NCBI GenBank assembly: GCA_035549675.1
Contig: DASZQL010000159.1
Location: 1-34,357, forward strand
Direction of reading: 5' to 3'
Length of the DNA stretch: 34,357 bases
From: Phycisphaerales bacterium
Lineage (GTDB): Bacteria > Planctomycetota > Phycisphaerae > Phycisphaerales > UBA1924
Position 1 is the stretch's first letter. The number at the start of each line of letters is the position of its first letter. Below the pieces are notes generated by a model. It did no database searches and was not told the DNA's origin. It saw only the letters and a program-made list of their open reading frames with translations. Shown in pieces: positions 9,901-14,251 of this stretch. The position numbers were made by a program, and so were the translations under genes.

Positions 9901-9920
9901 CCGATGTGTGCCCACGTTAA
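936..9920 (+). CDS. Giant secreted RHS/YD-repeat polymorphic toxin (signal peptide, FG-GAP repeats, dockerin-like pairs, YD shell, C-terminal nuclease-like toxin)
   Basis: Uninterrupted 8985-nt ORF with SD-like gagaggga 8 nt upstream. Sec-type signal MNFQTVTRNRRSWSQLLIAGLAALTASHAQA. Many YD repeats (YDGLGR, YDDAGRA, YDRLGRA, YDSFDRV, YDWRGR). Shell entry motif NPVLLSDGIKTEQDEDL. Canonical RHS core end RSRWYDPELGTWLTRDPAGYVDGMCLYRYVRGNPCLYFDPFGL. Confidence 0.95.
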   Translation: MNFQTVTRNRRSWSQLLIAGLAALTASHAQAQLVVPIGHDFDGDDVDDRVVGYPAVGSEVATAGLVRVYDGLTLEPRLNLRSGEPDDAFGLCVASAGDLDGDGANDIIVGAPLHSRIHLYGGAVYIFSGATGQRLERIEGNPSQMIGRAVAGVGDFTGTGVPCYAMSGSQVLPDGSRRGFVQIRVLGTPEPRVVFEADESNDLFGASLVGLGDINADEKADIAIAAELATNSGATSGGIYIFHGLDCVSGCPEIVHTVDAAAYYAAETDMDITAYGCFLLNGTDVDEDGKRELLVVSRGIDSEDRADFVLDSISLDDGQIVAQERSLFLIADGDVNKDGTVAPSDAFLVIQNISSSESVLDWFHTDVNSDGTVDLDDVYRVITSFDEDSPLVVRAGSAAAAGAVAAGTYPPGGLPTCVGWIWIGILPNPNEPQNPEDDFVIPECCIPQDNTWETLDDLLGGCGTPRDPIEPEPDDGIVDPGPPNQGGPIMSGPNPDPDCPTPPCPCHCVRSWRGNCIIVECDHIISYPGNPPTIRPKDPRTPSPNPRGPRGNESRADTTNDSNDSVSNPELDRHGPGESTCNPVLLSDGIKTEQDEDLRVALPGRDFVLKRTYSAGSTQDDPRFPSMIGRGWGTSADGWVTFVPTRMDWVSIEADESNAFVDALEVVAFPVEGSTKLFVSEDDPNRFDTLAPSLTHGWRAAARVRGVLVPVWLIETSGHGQTVYYRTSARENGEGTLSEELQSLDGRILQERDEFGNAFTYQYMSLTDSDGHAARPRLKRLFLGGETESTCKAKIEFVWDLGTESAPGSGRLTEAKVLRPQGSSWVTMQSARYTYVGDLDFGDRSAVGNNVNQLAAVRQRVRLDAGDAPGEGSWYARGYHYRYHHSMSHGPALLTHVFEPESIEYFAEHWAAISADSQDESIAMAINKLIEHHNLSEAVGGSGSPTVSELASKEIQYYSSGDSAPGYDEGSLEGLVRSEILHRGCSCSGGQSSKTEFEYAQRAIQDVERVHESAGGTVTMHPIRMSKLTIRRDSVWRDGQWQEHQIVRNWSEDRLFGLGWGTFGIPATFDHPFSVTVHILRWVPVPFVVANEVEDPATDRVWRTYFEFENHNPVRKFNASAIASFETTSAGLLNYADTNDDPGATADPKEAVNFNEGGVLELSQFDDFGQKTAEAVARISSIGEPQDEILLRELEYLSDNEGDRPDLLIRTTEFRTDEVSGPREVREYQYQFDHTSGMRRSQVAQSACIEQRETQQQHGPPGSGEVVRASGFTGAGDTAWTRSGDGSFTVMTYDTLTGAMTSTVRNAPITDALPSPSFGIAASGDRSADGGQLLTVREVDLAGRPRSVTDESGNETIFDYITEPVFTYATLGQVASTPTLTASNQHYLRVTSTPPTGVGPVSRQWANAGYQVLRSSSYVPGSGLEIGRVIYQYDSRGQHRETRTWHDIAGDLSNLEQYEYDGLGRLIRTISATGHVAETDYDSFDRVIETRQGSAVGSMQLVERNFYDHTGTLASPHQGVGDGLLTLTQRFASGSDIRSTVSIYDWRGRKRLSYLAGSSAITPAKGAYVAEVLDNLGRPVEQATVSGEQSLSSLIGSLQDDELTSFTEFLATPNHPVERVRALSYGPRGLVFEDTDSFRNDGGVLSRTTRHWLDDEGRELVAVGPDGPVVKKQYDGLGRVTTTITTDGAAARSTSSPSFAAVTAMEPTTEVTFERTSSLFDGRGLPVLDRVEQRRHDLTDSTKGIGGSPVKQLAATVYDGVAKPIATVRYGSGLQSGSASDSYASGGGTDAVPLTAVPTRGPGRIITETHYDDAGRATESVDPRGIVSRMIYDDAGRAVATIDNVSDQSGGDPVSVTRDSDGLWSVVNRPTSEHPEQDDRNRVVSMVYDGDGNITHRIAHKPATSGDERQVTEYVYQCPGTTSLEGGGGSVTNGALSNKLLYEVRYPNPGTGLPSITPEDTVRYAYNRLGERLGALDQNGTLIRYQLDEAGRILSETATCSSPSIDAESNRIATAYDRLGRASTMSMTDDGMSIHSQMAIDYDGLGRITRVRQSPFGSITHVATTAVDYQYDGTTSAGQLVHDRLIEMAYPAWSPESYRPVQTIAYGSEASSSDRISRITGFSWTRGGAVGSTDIIGSASHEYLGLARRVVSKFQKATGGMLVRDRWVDADTGAHTSGSYEGLDQFGRVRRQLWTLGEPINPSASGSRPPLVRLDYAYDDGGNTLSRLTRRAGSSGAATPLRDELNTFDGLNRLTESHRGEVSQIGRGSEQWVLDQLGNWTTCRRATLVAGGSYNRVEGREFNATNEIKNTEITGTDAPSQRLFEYDHAGNLVGQRILDALDDEGEFAAQRWKRFTYDPWNRLVKVEIERRAGALVEGPRKTVAAYTYYAGNQRATKTWRANRSADSLFFSDDDDGESDPPGYVDTPDRRSTYIYDRDWHLLEERTEGYNAGQRGENSLASPYAGPWGWGPGGSFAAAPDEEALRVNRYLWDPTQWDEFVQFRSLHAESSGSSQTVVEDERRWALTDRNHTVIGLVDDAAVTASASSIVPEQLQRNRYSPYGRAEREWAADVDGDGRINITDLNKIADATDMTLAADGSSGEYIPGADVDSDGTIGTTDLFHATTVLALGTDPFDLDDPLHTDPIGPGGVHAVEDGSLWRSYCTIGYSGSLYDQHARLWLMRSRWYDPELGTWLTRDPAGYVDGMCLYRYVRGNPCLYFDPFGLFSFGEYWSDIKAGAAELVARIPNALTGAATGAATGAATGAAVGAGVGLVAGAGVGAAPGAVAGAAAGATGGAIGGFISGLMADSSTPVTEVMKQAAIDGVAAGITGGVSGPLLGGTSGTAAAMTTTGTVVPVAASTVQASAQAAAATAAAAGIMAAKTQGPATSQTTPSTTGEGAKGGTYTMVDPETGNVVRSGRTNDLSRRQKELGRDPNTKHLEFREDMRTDNYNTQRGREQKLHDYYNPPLNKINPISPMNPNRQKYMDAAPDVCPR
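1047..1835 (+). other. FG-GAP / integrin-alpha-like beta-propeller repeat region of the RHS protein
   Basis: Repeated Ca-binding-like DxDxDG motifs followed by hydrophobic strands: FDGDDVDDRVVGYP, AGDLDGDGANDIIVGAP...GGAVYIFSG, GVGDFTGTGVPCYAMSG, LGDINADEKADIAIAAE...GGIYIFHG, GTDVDEDGKRELLVVSRG. Confidence 0.7.
1926..2090 (+). other. Dockerin/EF-hand-like repeat pair 1
   Basis: DGDVNKDGTVAPSDAFLVIQNI ... TDVNSDGTVDLDDVYRVITSF. These are two DxNxDGxV Ca-loop plus helix units, as in type I dockerins. Confidence 0.6.
8646..8825 (+). other. Dockerin/EF-hand-like repeat pair 2, inserted inside the C-terminal RHS core region
   Basis: DVDGDGRINITDLNKIADAT ... GADVDSDGTIGTTDLFHATTVLALG. It lies between the YSPYGRAE motif and the GYSGSLYD...RWYDP...DPFGL core terminus. 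Confidence 0.6.
8931..9107 (+). other. RHS-associated core terminus with predicted autoproteolysis motif (DPFGL)
   Basis: GYSGSLYDQHARLWLMRSRWYDPELGTWLTRDPAGYVDGMCLYRYVRGNPCLYFDPFGL matches the GY.G...D...GL...R.R.YDP..GRF...DP.G......LY.Y...NP....DP.GL consensus. The Leu codon ends at 9107. Confidence 0.85.
9177..9575 (+). other. Gly/Ala-rich glycine-zipper-like segment of the toxin C-terminal region
   Basis: TGAATGAATGAATGAAVGAGVGLVAGAGVGAAPGAVAGAAAGATGGAIGGFISGLM ... GGVSGPLLGGTSGTAAAM ... AAATAAAAGIMAA. GxxxG/AxxxA periodicity. GC-rich like the host genome. Confidence 0.5.
9636..9917 (+). other. Putative GIY-YIG (URI-fold) nuclease toxin domain
   Basis: GGTYTMVDPETGNVVRSGRTNDLSRRQKELG ... 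RGREQKLHDYYNPPLNKINP. GTY-x11-RSG fits GIY-x(9-11)-YIG with the second Tyr replaced. G.T..L..R supplies the conserved Arg. E..L....Y.P.LN supplies the catalytic Glu and Asn. The DNA here is visibly AT-richer than the rest of the gene. Confidence 0.6.
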
Positions 9921-10395
9921 TAAGTTAGACACAGCTGGATTGGCACCGGAGGGATCGGTCGTCACTGTGCCACTACGAGATCGTGGGTATGGCGTTGGCG
10001 TGATTGCGAGAAATAGCGGCGACGGAATTTTATTAGTTTATTTCTTCGGCATTCGGCTCGACGCCAACGACCTACCAATTGATTGGTCGACGATCAAACC
10101 TAGCGCCGCAATTTGGGTTCGACTTGTCGGAGATTTGGGCTTGCTGAATAACGCTTGGAATGTAATTGGCACAGTAAATCCATGGAGTCGTCTCGAATGG
10201 CCCATGCCTCCACTAGCAAGGTATGTTGATGGCATTGGATATTATAAATCATTTTATGATGATAATACTCTCGATAAAATTCGGGAAGTTCGTATTACTG
10301 AGACAGAAGCAAAGCAATTTTGGGAAGACGGCATGAGCGGTTATGTGGCGGCCGAAATAGCGCTGACCAAGCGACTCAGCAGACTAGCTCCATAA
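9892..10395 (+). CDS. Putative cognate immunity protein for the RHS C-terminal toxin
   Basis: 167-aa ORF (alternative ATG at 9904). It overlaps the RHS stop codon (9918-9920) and shares the reduced GC of the toxin tip. Lying immediately 3' of a polymorphic toxin is the canonical immunity position. I recognise no family. Confidence 0.6.
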   Translation: MQPPMCAHVNKLDTAGLAPEGSVVTVPLRDRGYGVGVIARNSGDGILLVYFFGIRLDANDLPIDWSTIKPSAAIWVRLVGDLGLLNNAWNVIGTVNPWSRLEWPMPPLARYVDGIGYYKSFYDDNTLDKIREVRITETEAKQFWEDGMSGYVAAEIALTKRLSRLAP

Positions 10396-10473
10396 ACAAG
10401 TAATCTCCTTCGTCCTTTATCTTGCTAAGGGCATTGGCATGTGGGATAGAAGCCCTCCATACCGTAGCTGGTT

Positions 10474-10643
10474 GCATCGAAGTTTTCCATGCCGTGCCAT
10501 CGAAGTCGATCGGAACCTTCGACGATTGGGCAAAGCCGATGGCGAAGAAACACCCTGTGCGCGGACCGACGTTGACGGCGCGGTTCACACTCGATGAGAG
10601 AACGGTAGACATCGAAGTCGGCGGAACCGACTTCGATGGCACG
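10474..10643. repeat. REP-like palindromic repeat cluster A (degenerate hairpin 10493-10530 plus perfect hairpin 10610-10638)
   Basis: CATCGAAGTCGG-CGGAA-CCGACTTCGATG has a 12-bp perfect stem. It abuts the RAYT stop codon (10644-10646). An upstream 27-nt block CCGACGTTGACGGCGCGGTTCAC(A/C)CTCGA is also present in cluster C with one variable position. Confidence 0.85.
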
Positions 10644-11202
10644 TCACACGAATCCCTTCCACTTGTCCCACGAACCCGGCTTTCCCGGCGGCGGGTCGCA
10701 CTCCAGCTCGCTTTCGCGGCGTCCCATCCACCAGCGAACGCTCGACCACTTCCAGTCTTCGGGCCGCTCCACCAGGCCACGTTCGACGGGGTTGCGGTGG
10801 ATGTACCGGACCTCGCGGCAGAACTCGCTCAGGTCGCGGACGTTGCGGTCGAAGCCGCCGCCCTTCTGCCAGAAACGAGGGCGGCCGGTCGCGTCCTTCA
10901 GCCGGTTCAAGATCGGCGAACTGTCTCGGCACCACCGCCCGAGCGCGCGCTGGGTGATCGACATCTTGATCGACCAGAGCACACGCTTCATCGTCACCCG
11001 TTCATCGGGCCGGCAGAGCAGGTGCACATGCTCGGGCATGATGACCCAGGCAAAGAATCTCGAGGTTGAACTTGCGGCGAGCGTGTGCGAACCGGGCTAC
11101 GAGCGCATCGGCGATCCGCGGGTTGGTGGTGAGGAGGGGCAGTCGCTTCTGACAGGAGAAGGTGATGAACCGAACGCCGCCCGGGATCTCGTACCGGCGC
11201 AT
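10644..11202 (-). pseudogene. REP-associated tyrosine transposase (RAYT, IS200-like Y1/HUH transposase) with a 1-nt frameshift
   Basis: C-terminal frame: MPEHVHLL (HUH motif) ... YIHRNPVERGLVERPEDWKWSS (catalytic Tyr motif). N-terminal part, in another frame: MRRYEIPGGVRFITFSCQKRLPLL...ARRKFNLEI. The two frames join at about 11052-11057. Removing one T from CTTTG restores FNLEILAWVIMPEHVHLL. The span is 559 nt = 3n+1. Flanked by REP hairpins on both sides. Confidence 0.8.
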
Positions 11203-11334
11203 GCGTTTCCGAATGGGCTCCCCGGGGGTCACGCGGGTACGATATCGGTCGGGCGATGGATAGGAGACGTGTCGAACGGGCGTGCCATGGACAACCACCT
11301 CGGGACTTGGACGGGTGCGACTGAGGACGAAGAA

Positions 11335-11410
11335 CATCGAAGTCGCCGAGCCGACTTCGATGGCACGATTGACACCGTGACCGCCGAGGAACATCGATGC
11401 CACCCGCCCG
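11335..11410. repeat. REP-like repeat B (hairpin 11335-11362 plus conserved right flank)
   Basis: CATCGAAGTCG-CCGAGC-CGACTTCGATG followed by GCACGATTGACACCGTGACCGCCGAGGAACATCGATGCCACCCGCCCG. That flank is nearly identical to 12545-12592 (3 mismatches by eye). Confidence 0.8.
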
Positions 11411-11449
11411 TACGACTCTGTATGGAATGTGATACCGGCGGCTGCACAC

Positions 11450-11471
11450 CCGCCGAGTTTCAACTCGGCGG
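11450..11471. repeat. Perfect 10-bp inverted repeat upstream of the RAYT pseudogene
   Basis: CCGCCGAGTT-TC-AACTCGGCGG. No T-run follows on either strand, so it is not an obvious intrinsic terminator. Confidence 0.5.
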
Positions 11472-11606
11472 CATTCAGATAGATACTGCGTTCAGGTTCG
11501 GTCTAGCCTGGGGTATCGTAGAATATAGATGTCGTTCACGTTATATGCCTCTTAGTGATTCAATAACTATCACCGAGTGATTGATTAATGATTGCCTGAT
11601 GACAAC

Positions 11607-11900
11607 ATGAACAATACGAACGAGCTGTTTTTTGCCGACGCATTCGGCGCCGAACGAGATTTCTTCCAGGCCAAGTGGCACGGGAAAACTGTGCATATGG
11701 AACCCACGCGACGGGGCTCGCCGTTCGTTTGGATTGCTGTCGTGGTGCTGCCGTGGCTCCTCGCAGAGGGCGTTCTTTGGGTTCTTCGATATGTGACGGT
11801 GCACCACCCTGCTCAGGCTGGGGGAATTAACTACGGCATGATGGCACCTGTCCTGCGAGTATCTGCGGCCTGCTTAATGGCATTTTGTCTTTATCTCTAA
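11607..11900 (+). CDS. Small predicted two-TM membrane protein (orphan cassette 2)
   Basis: ATG at 11607 (the track ORF starts at TTG 11592). Two hydrophobic helices: SPFVWIAVVVLPWLLAEGVLWVL and MMAPVLRVSAACLMAFCLYL. AT-rich upstream region. No family recognised. Confidence 0.45.
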   Translation: MNNTNELFFADAFGAERDFFQAKWHGKTVHMEPTRRGSPFVWIAVVVLPWLLAEGVLWVLRYVTVHHPAQAGGINYGMMAPVLRVSAACLMAFCLYL

Positions 11901-11915
11901 TGGCTGCAAACATCT

Positions 11916-12314
11916 GTGTGGCGGCGAAAAGAGCCCGTTGTCATCGCAGCACCGTCGATAGGCCAGTTCAGGCATATTCCTTCAGGCCAGTCCTGGGCTA
12001 TTGCCGACATCGCGAAGTTCATATTCACGAGCGGCTGGGTTCGCGATCCAAGCCGGGGTGAACGAACCCACTATGCGCTGCAACAATGGACGATTGTTTT
12101 TCGTACACCCAGCCACGAATCGCAACTGAGCGTCCTGCTCACCGAAATTGGATTGGGGATACGATTTCGTCGCGGCGTAAAAAAGATCGCACGCGCCTGT
12201 AACATCCAGATCGAATACCGACGTGTGCCCTTGAAGGATTCTCCCGACCGTGCCGAATGTAAGCTTTTATTCGGTGACACTCTCGACATGGCGCGAACGT
12301 GGGGCCATCGCTAG
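11916..12314 (+). CDS. Hypothetical protein (orphan cassette 2)
   Basis: 132-aa ORF with a GTG start 15 nt after the preceding stop. Reduced GC relative to the genome. No family recognised. Confidence 0.4.
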   Translation: MWRRKEPVVIAAPSIGQFRHIPSGQSWAIADIAKFIFTSGWVRDPSRGERTHYALQQWTIVFRTPSHESQLSVLLTEIGLGIRFRRGVKKIARACNIQIEYRRVPLKDSPDRAECKLLFGDTLDMARTWGHR

Positions 12315-12337
12315 CCTAGTAGCCACCTCGGCCGATG

Positions 12338-12592
12338 GTATCGAAGTCCTCCATTTCGTTCCATCACAGTCCGGCGGGTGGCATCGCATTCCGGCATCGT
12401 GCCATCGAGTTCCGCTGGGGACTTCGATGGTTGGGCGGAGCCGAGGGCAAAGAAGCATTGAGTGCGCGGGGCCGACGTTGACGGCGCGGTTCACCCTCGA
12501 CGGGAACGAGGGAGACATCGAAGTCGGCGGAACCGACTTCGATGGCACGATTGACACCGTGATCGCCGAGGAGCACCGATGCCACCCGCCCG
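12338..12592. repeat. REP-like palindromic repeat cluster C (degenerate hairpin 12398-12435, perfect hairpin 12516-12544, right flank to 12592)
   Basis: The 29-nt hairpin CATCGAAGTCGGCGGAACCGACTTCGATG is identical to copy A. It shares the left block with A and the right flank with B. It fills the intergenic gap between 12314 and 12614. Confidence 0.85.
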
Positions 12593-12613
12593 AAGGTTGC
12601 AAGGGGAACTAGT

Positions 12614-13057
12614 ATGAACGACGCATGGTCGTGGAAGCTTTCCGATCAGGGGTATTCCGTTCGAATCGACTGCGACAGCCGAGTGTCCTATGCGTACTTA
12701 CTAAAAGGCACAGCATTTGTTGGTGACGTGTGGCTAACCAACACAGATTATGATCCGGACGAGATCCCTTGGGATACAAGCCATCAGGAGATGCCGTTTC
12801 GCAATCCTAAAGAATACACTATCTCTCACGAACCATTGATTGATCCAAATCCAGATGACTTTGTATTTTATTCTTGGCATGACAAAGGTTCCTTACGTGT
12901 GGCCATTTTGTACCTCGGACAACCGCTCGCCATTTTGGGCGACGGCATCAAGCCTGGTTGGTGTGTGTTTGCAAAAAAACGAGGGCCATTGGCTCAGCCA
13001 CTTCTTATCGATGTTCGGCGCAATAACCAAGACAGACCGCCCGACACAACGAGCTAA
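12614..13057 (+). CDS. Hypothetical cytoplasmic protein, candidate orphan immunity protein (cassette 3)
   Basis: ATG preceded by aagggga (SD) at good spacing. Clearly AT-richer codons than the genome. 147 aa, Trp/Asp-rich, no TM segment. No family recognised. Confidence 0.65.
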   Translation: MNDAWSWKLSDQGYSVRIDCDSRVSYAYLLKGTAFVGDVWLTNTDYDPDEIPWDTSHQEMPFRNPKEYTISHEPLIDPNPDDFVFYSWHDKGSLRVAILYLGQPLAILGDGIKPGWCVFAKKRGPLAQPLLIDVRRNNQDRPPDTTS

Positions 13058-13115
13058 CGGCGGCACGTTCTTGACCGAGAACTGTCTAAGACGTGCCAGC
13101 AGACGACTGGTCCAG

Positions 13116-13230
13116 GGCCCGGCTCGTGGGCCGGAAGGGATTCGTGTGACGTGCCCGAGCGGACCTCGATGGCACGATGTGTGCAGGGAACGCTCGACCA
13201 CTTCCAGTCTTCGGGCCGCTCCACCAGGCC
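13116..13230. mobile_element. Scrambled RAYT/REP relic
   Basis: 13116-13149 resembles the reverse complement of the RAYT 3' end (GGAAGGGATTCGTGTGA, i.e. ...KGFV-stop on the + strand). 13150-13176 is a degenerate REP hairpin (CGTGCC CGAG ... CTCG AT GGCACG). 13188-13230 is an exact 43-nt copy of RAYT-internal 10736-10778 (codes GLVERPEDWKWSSV on the minus strand). Confidence 0.75.
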
Positions 13231-13332
13231 GCGCGTTGACTCTGACCGCCTCATCGGAACACCCGGCCTTCTTTCCATGCCATGATGGGAGTTTCCGTTT
13301 CGTTCGAACTCTGGCTGTACCGATGAAGTGAG

Positions 13333-14227
13333 GTGCCAGAGGAACCCACAGTGAGCTCCGCAACGGCCCGACACACCGAAGTCGTCATCCTCGACCGCCT
13401 CTGCGGCACGTGCATGATGCAACTCCGCGGGGAGCCGTGCGACGGCGTGTGCCCGGGGTGCGGCGAGCGTGTGGCCGCGGCGCTTGATGGGGCTCACTTT
13501 GTCATGCGGTCGCCGTGGTACCTCGCGCGGCTGATCCGCGGCGGACGATTCATCTTCTGGGGAAACCTCGCGGCGATCGTGGGCGGGATCGCGTTTCTGT
13601 TCGCCGCCTCGGCGGTGCAGACGGTGTGGATCGCGCTCGTGTTCGGCGCGTTCATCCTGGTAATGGAACTGCTCGTGCACTCGGGGTGGTGGATGATCAC
13701 ACTCGCCGACCCTGATGCACTGCGCGACCCGCACCGTGCTTTCGGCGGCGTCATTCGCGCCACGGTCATAATGAGCCTGCTCTTTCTCCTGGGAGGAACG
13801 GCGCTCTTGGCGTTCGCCCCCCCCAGTGCTGCCCCCGCCTCCTGGCGGCAAGGCGCCGCCGAACCCTTATTTTCTGGTCAGCGCTTTGCTCATCGTTGGT
13901 TACCTCGCTGTCTGCTTTGTGCGCGCGATCCTGGCGAGGTCGTACTGCCACTGGATCATCCTGGCGTCTAGAGCACAGCGGAACGAGCCAATCCGTGACT
14001 ACCGCTTCCCGTTGTATCGCATCTTCCTCGCCTTCATCCTGCCCTGGCACCTCGTGATCGAGCCGGTGCTGCTGGTCGCGTCGGTCGTCGAGACCACGAA
14101 CAAGCTCAAGAGCTGCCTGAAGCTTCGACCGAGCATCGCGGGGACGGCGCGCCCGAAGCGGCGCGACGACGGTCTCGCGCAGGTGTTCTACGCCGACTCG
14201 CACGCGCCGGACTGGCCCGGCGGCTGA
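13333..14227 (+). pseudogene. Zinc-ribbon (CxxC...CxxC) multi-TM membrane protein, reading frame broken at a C8 homopolymer
   Basis: Frame 1 (GTG 13333) gives DRLCGTCMMQLRGEPCDGVCPGCG plus TM helices. GC3-rich coding signal switches to frame 2 just after CCCCCCCC (13817-13824). C7 would give ...ALLAFAPPVLPPPPGGKAPPNPYFLVSALLIVGYLAVCF... through to the stop at 14227. The span is 895 nt = 3n+1. Confidence 0.6.
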
Positions 14228-14251
14228 CCCTCGATGACGTGATCTTGGTAT

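Noticed and set aside
936-9920. RHS protein as a T6SS effector
   Set aside because: It has an N-terminal Sec signal peptide and no PAAR-, VgrG- or DUF4150-like region visible. No T6SS genes are in the window.
10422-11580. + strand ORFs 10422-11069 and 10636-11580
   Set aside because: They read through REP hairpins and are antisense to the RAYT gene. The peptide DIEVGGTDFDGT recurs in ORF 12250-12612 only because the repeat DNA recurs.
10610-12544. Possibility that the three near-identical 28-29-nt palindromes are a CRISPR array
   Set aside because: The spacing is irregular and long (about 700 and 1150 nt) with genes in between. There are no cas genes. The repeats carry extended conserved flanks and sit next to a RAYT, so REP elements fit better.
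12250-12612. 120-aa + strand ORF across REP cluster C
   Set aside because: It is composed almost entirely of repeat sequence and has no independent coding signal.
13054-13851. 265-aa minus-strand ORF containing GLVERPEDWKWSSV
   Set aside because: Only the 43-nt RAYT fragment is meaningful. The rest is antisense to the better-supported membrane protein gene and has shadow-ORF composition.
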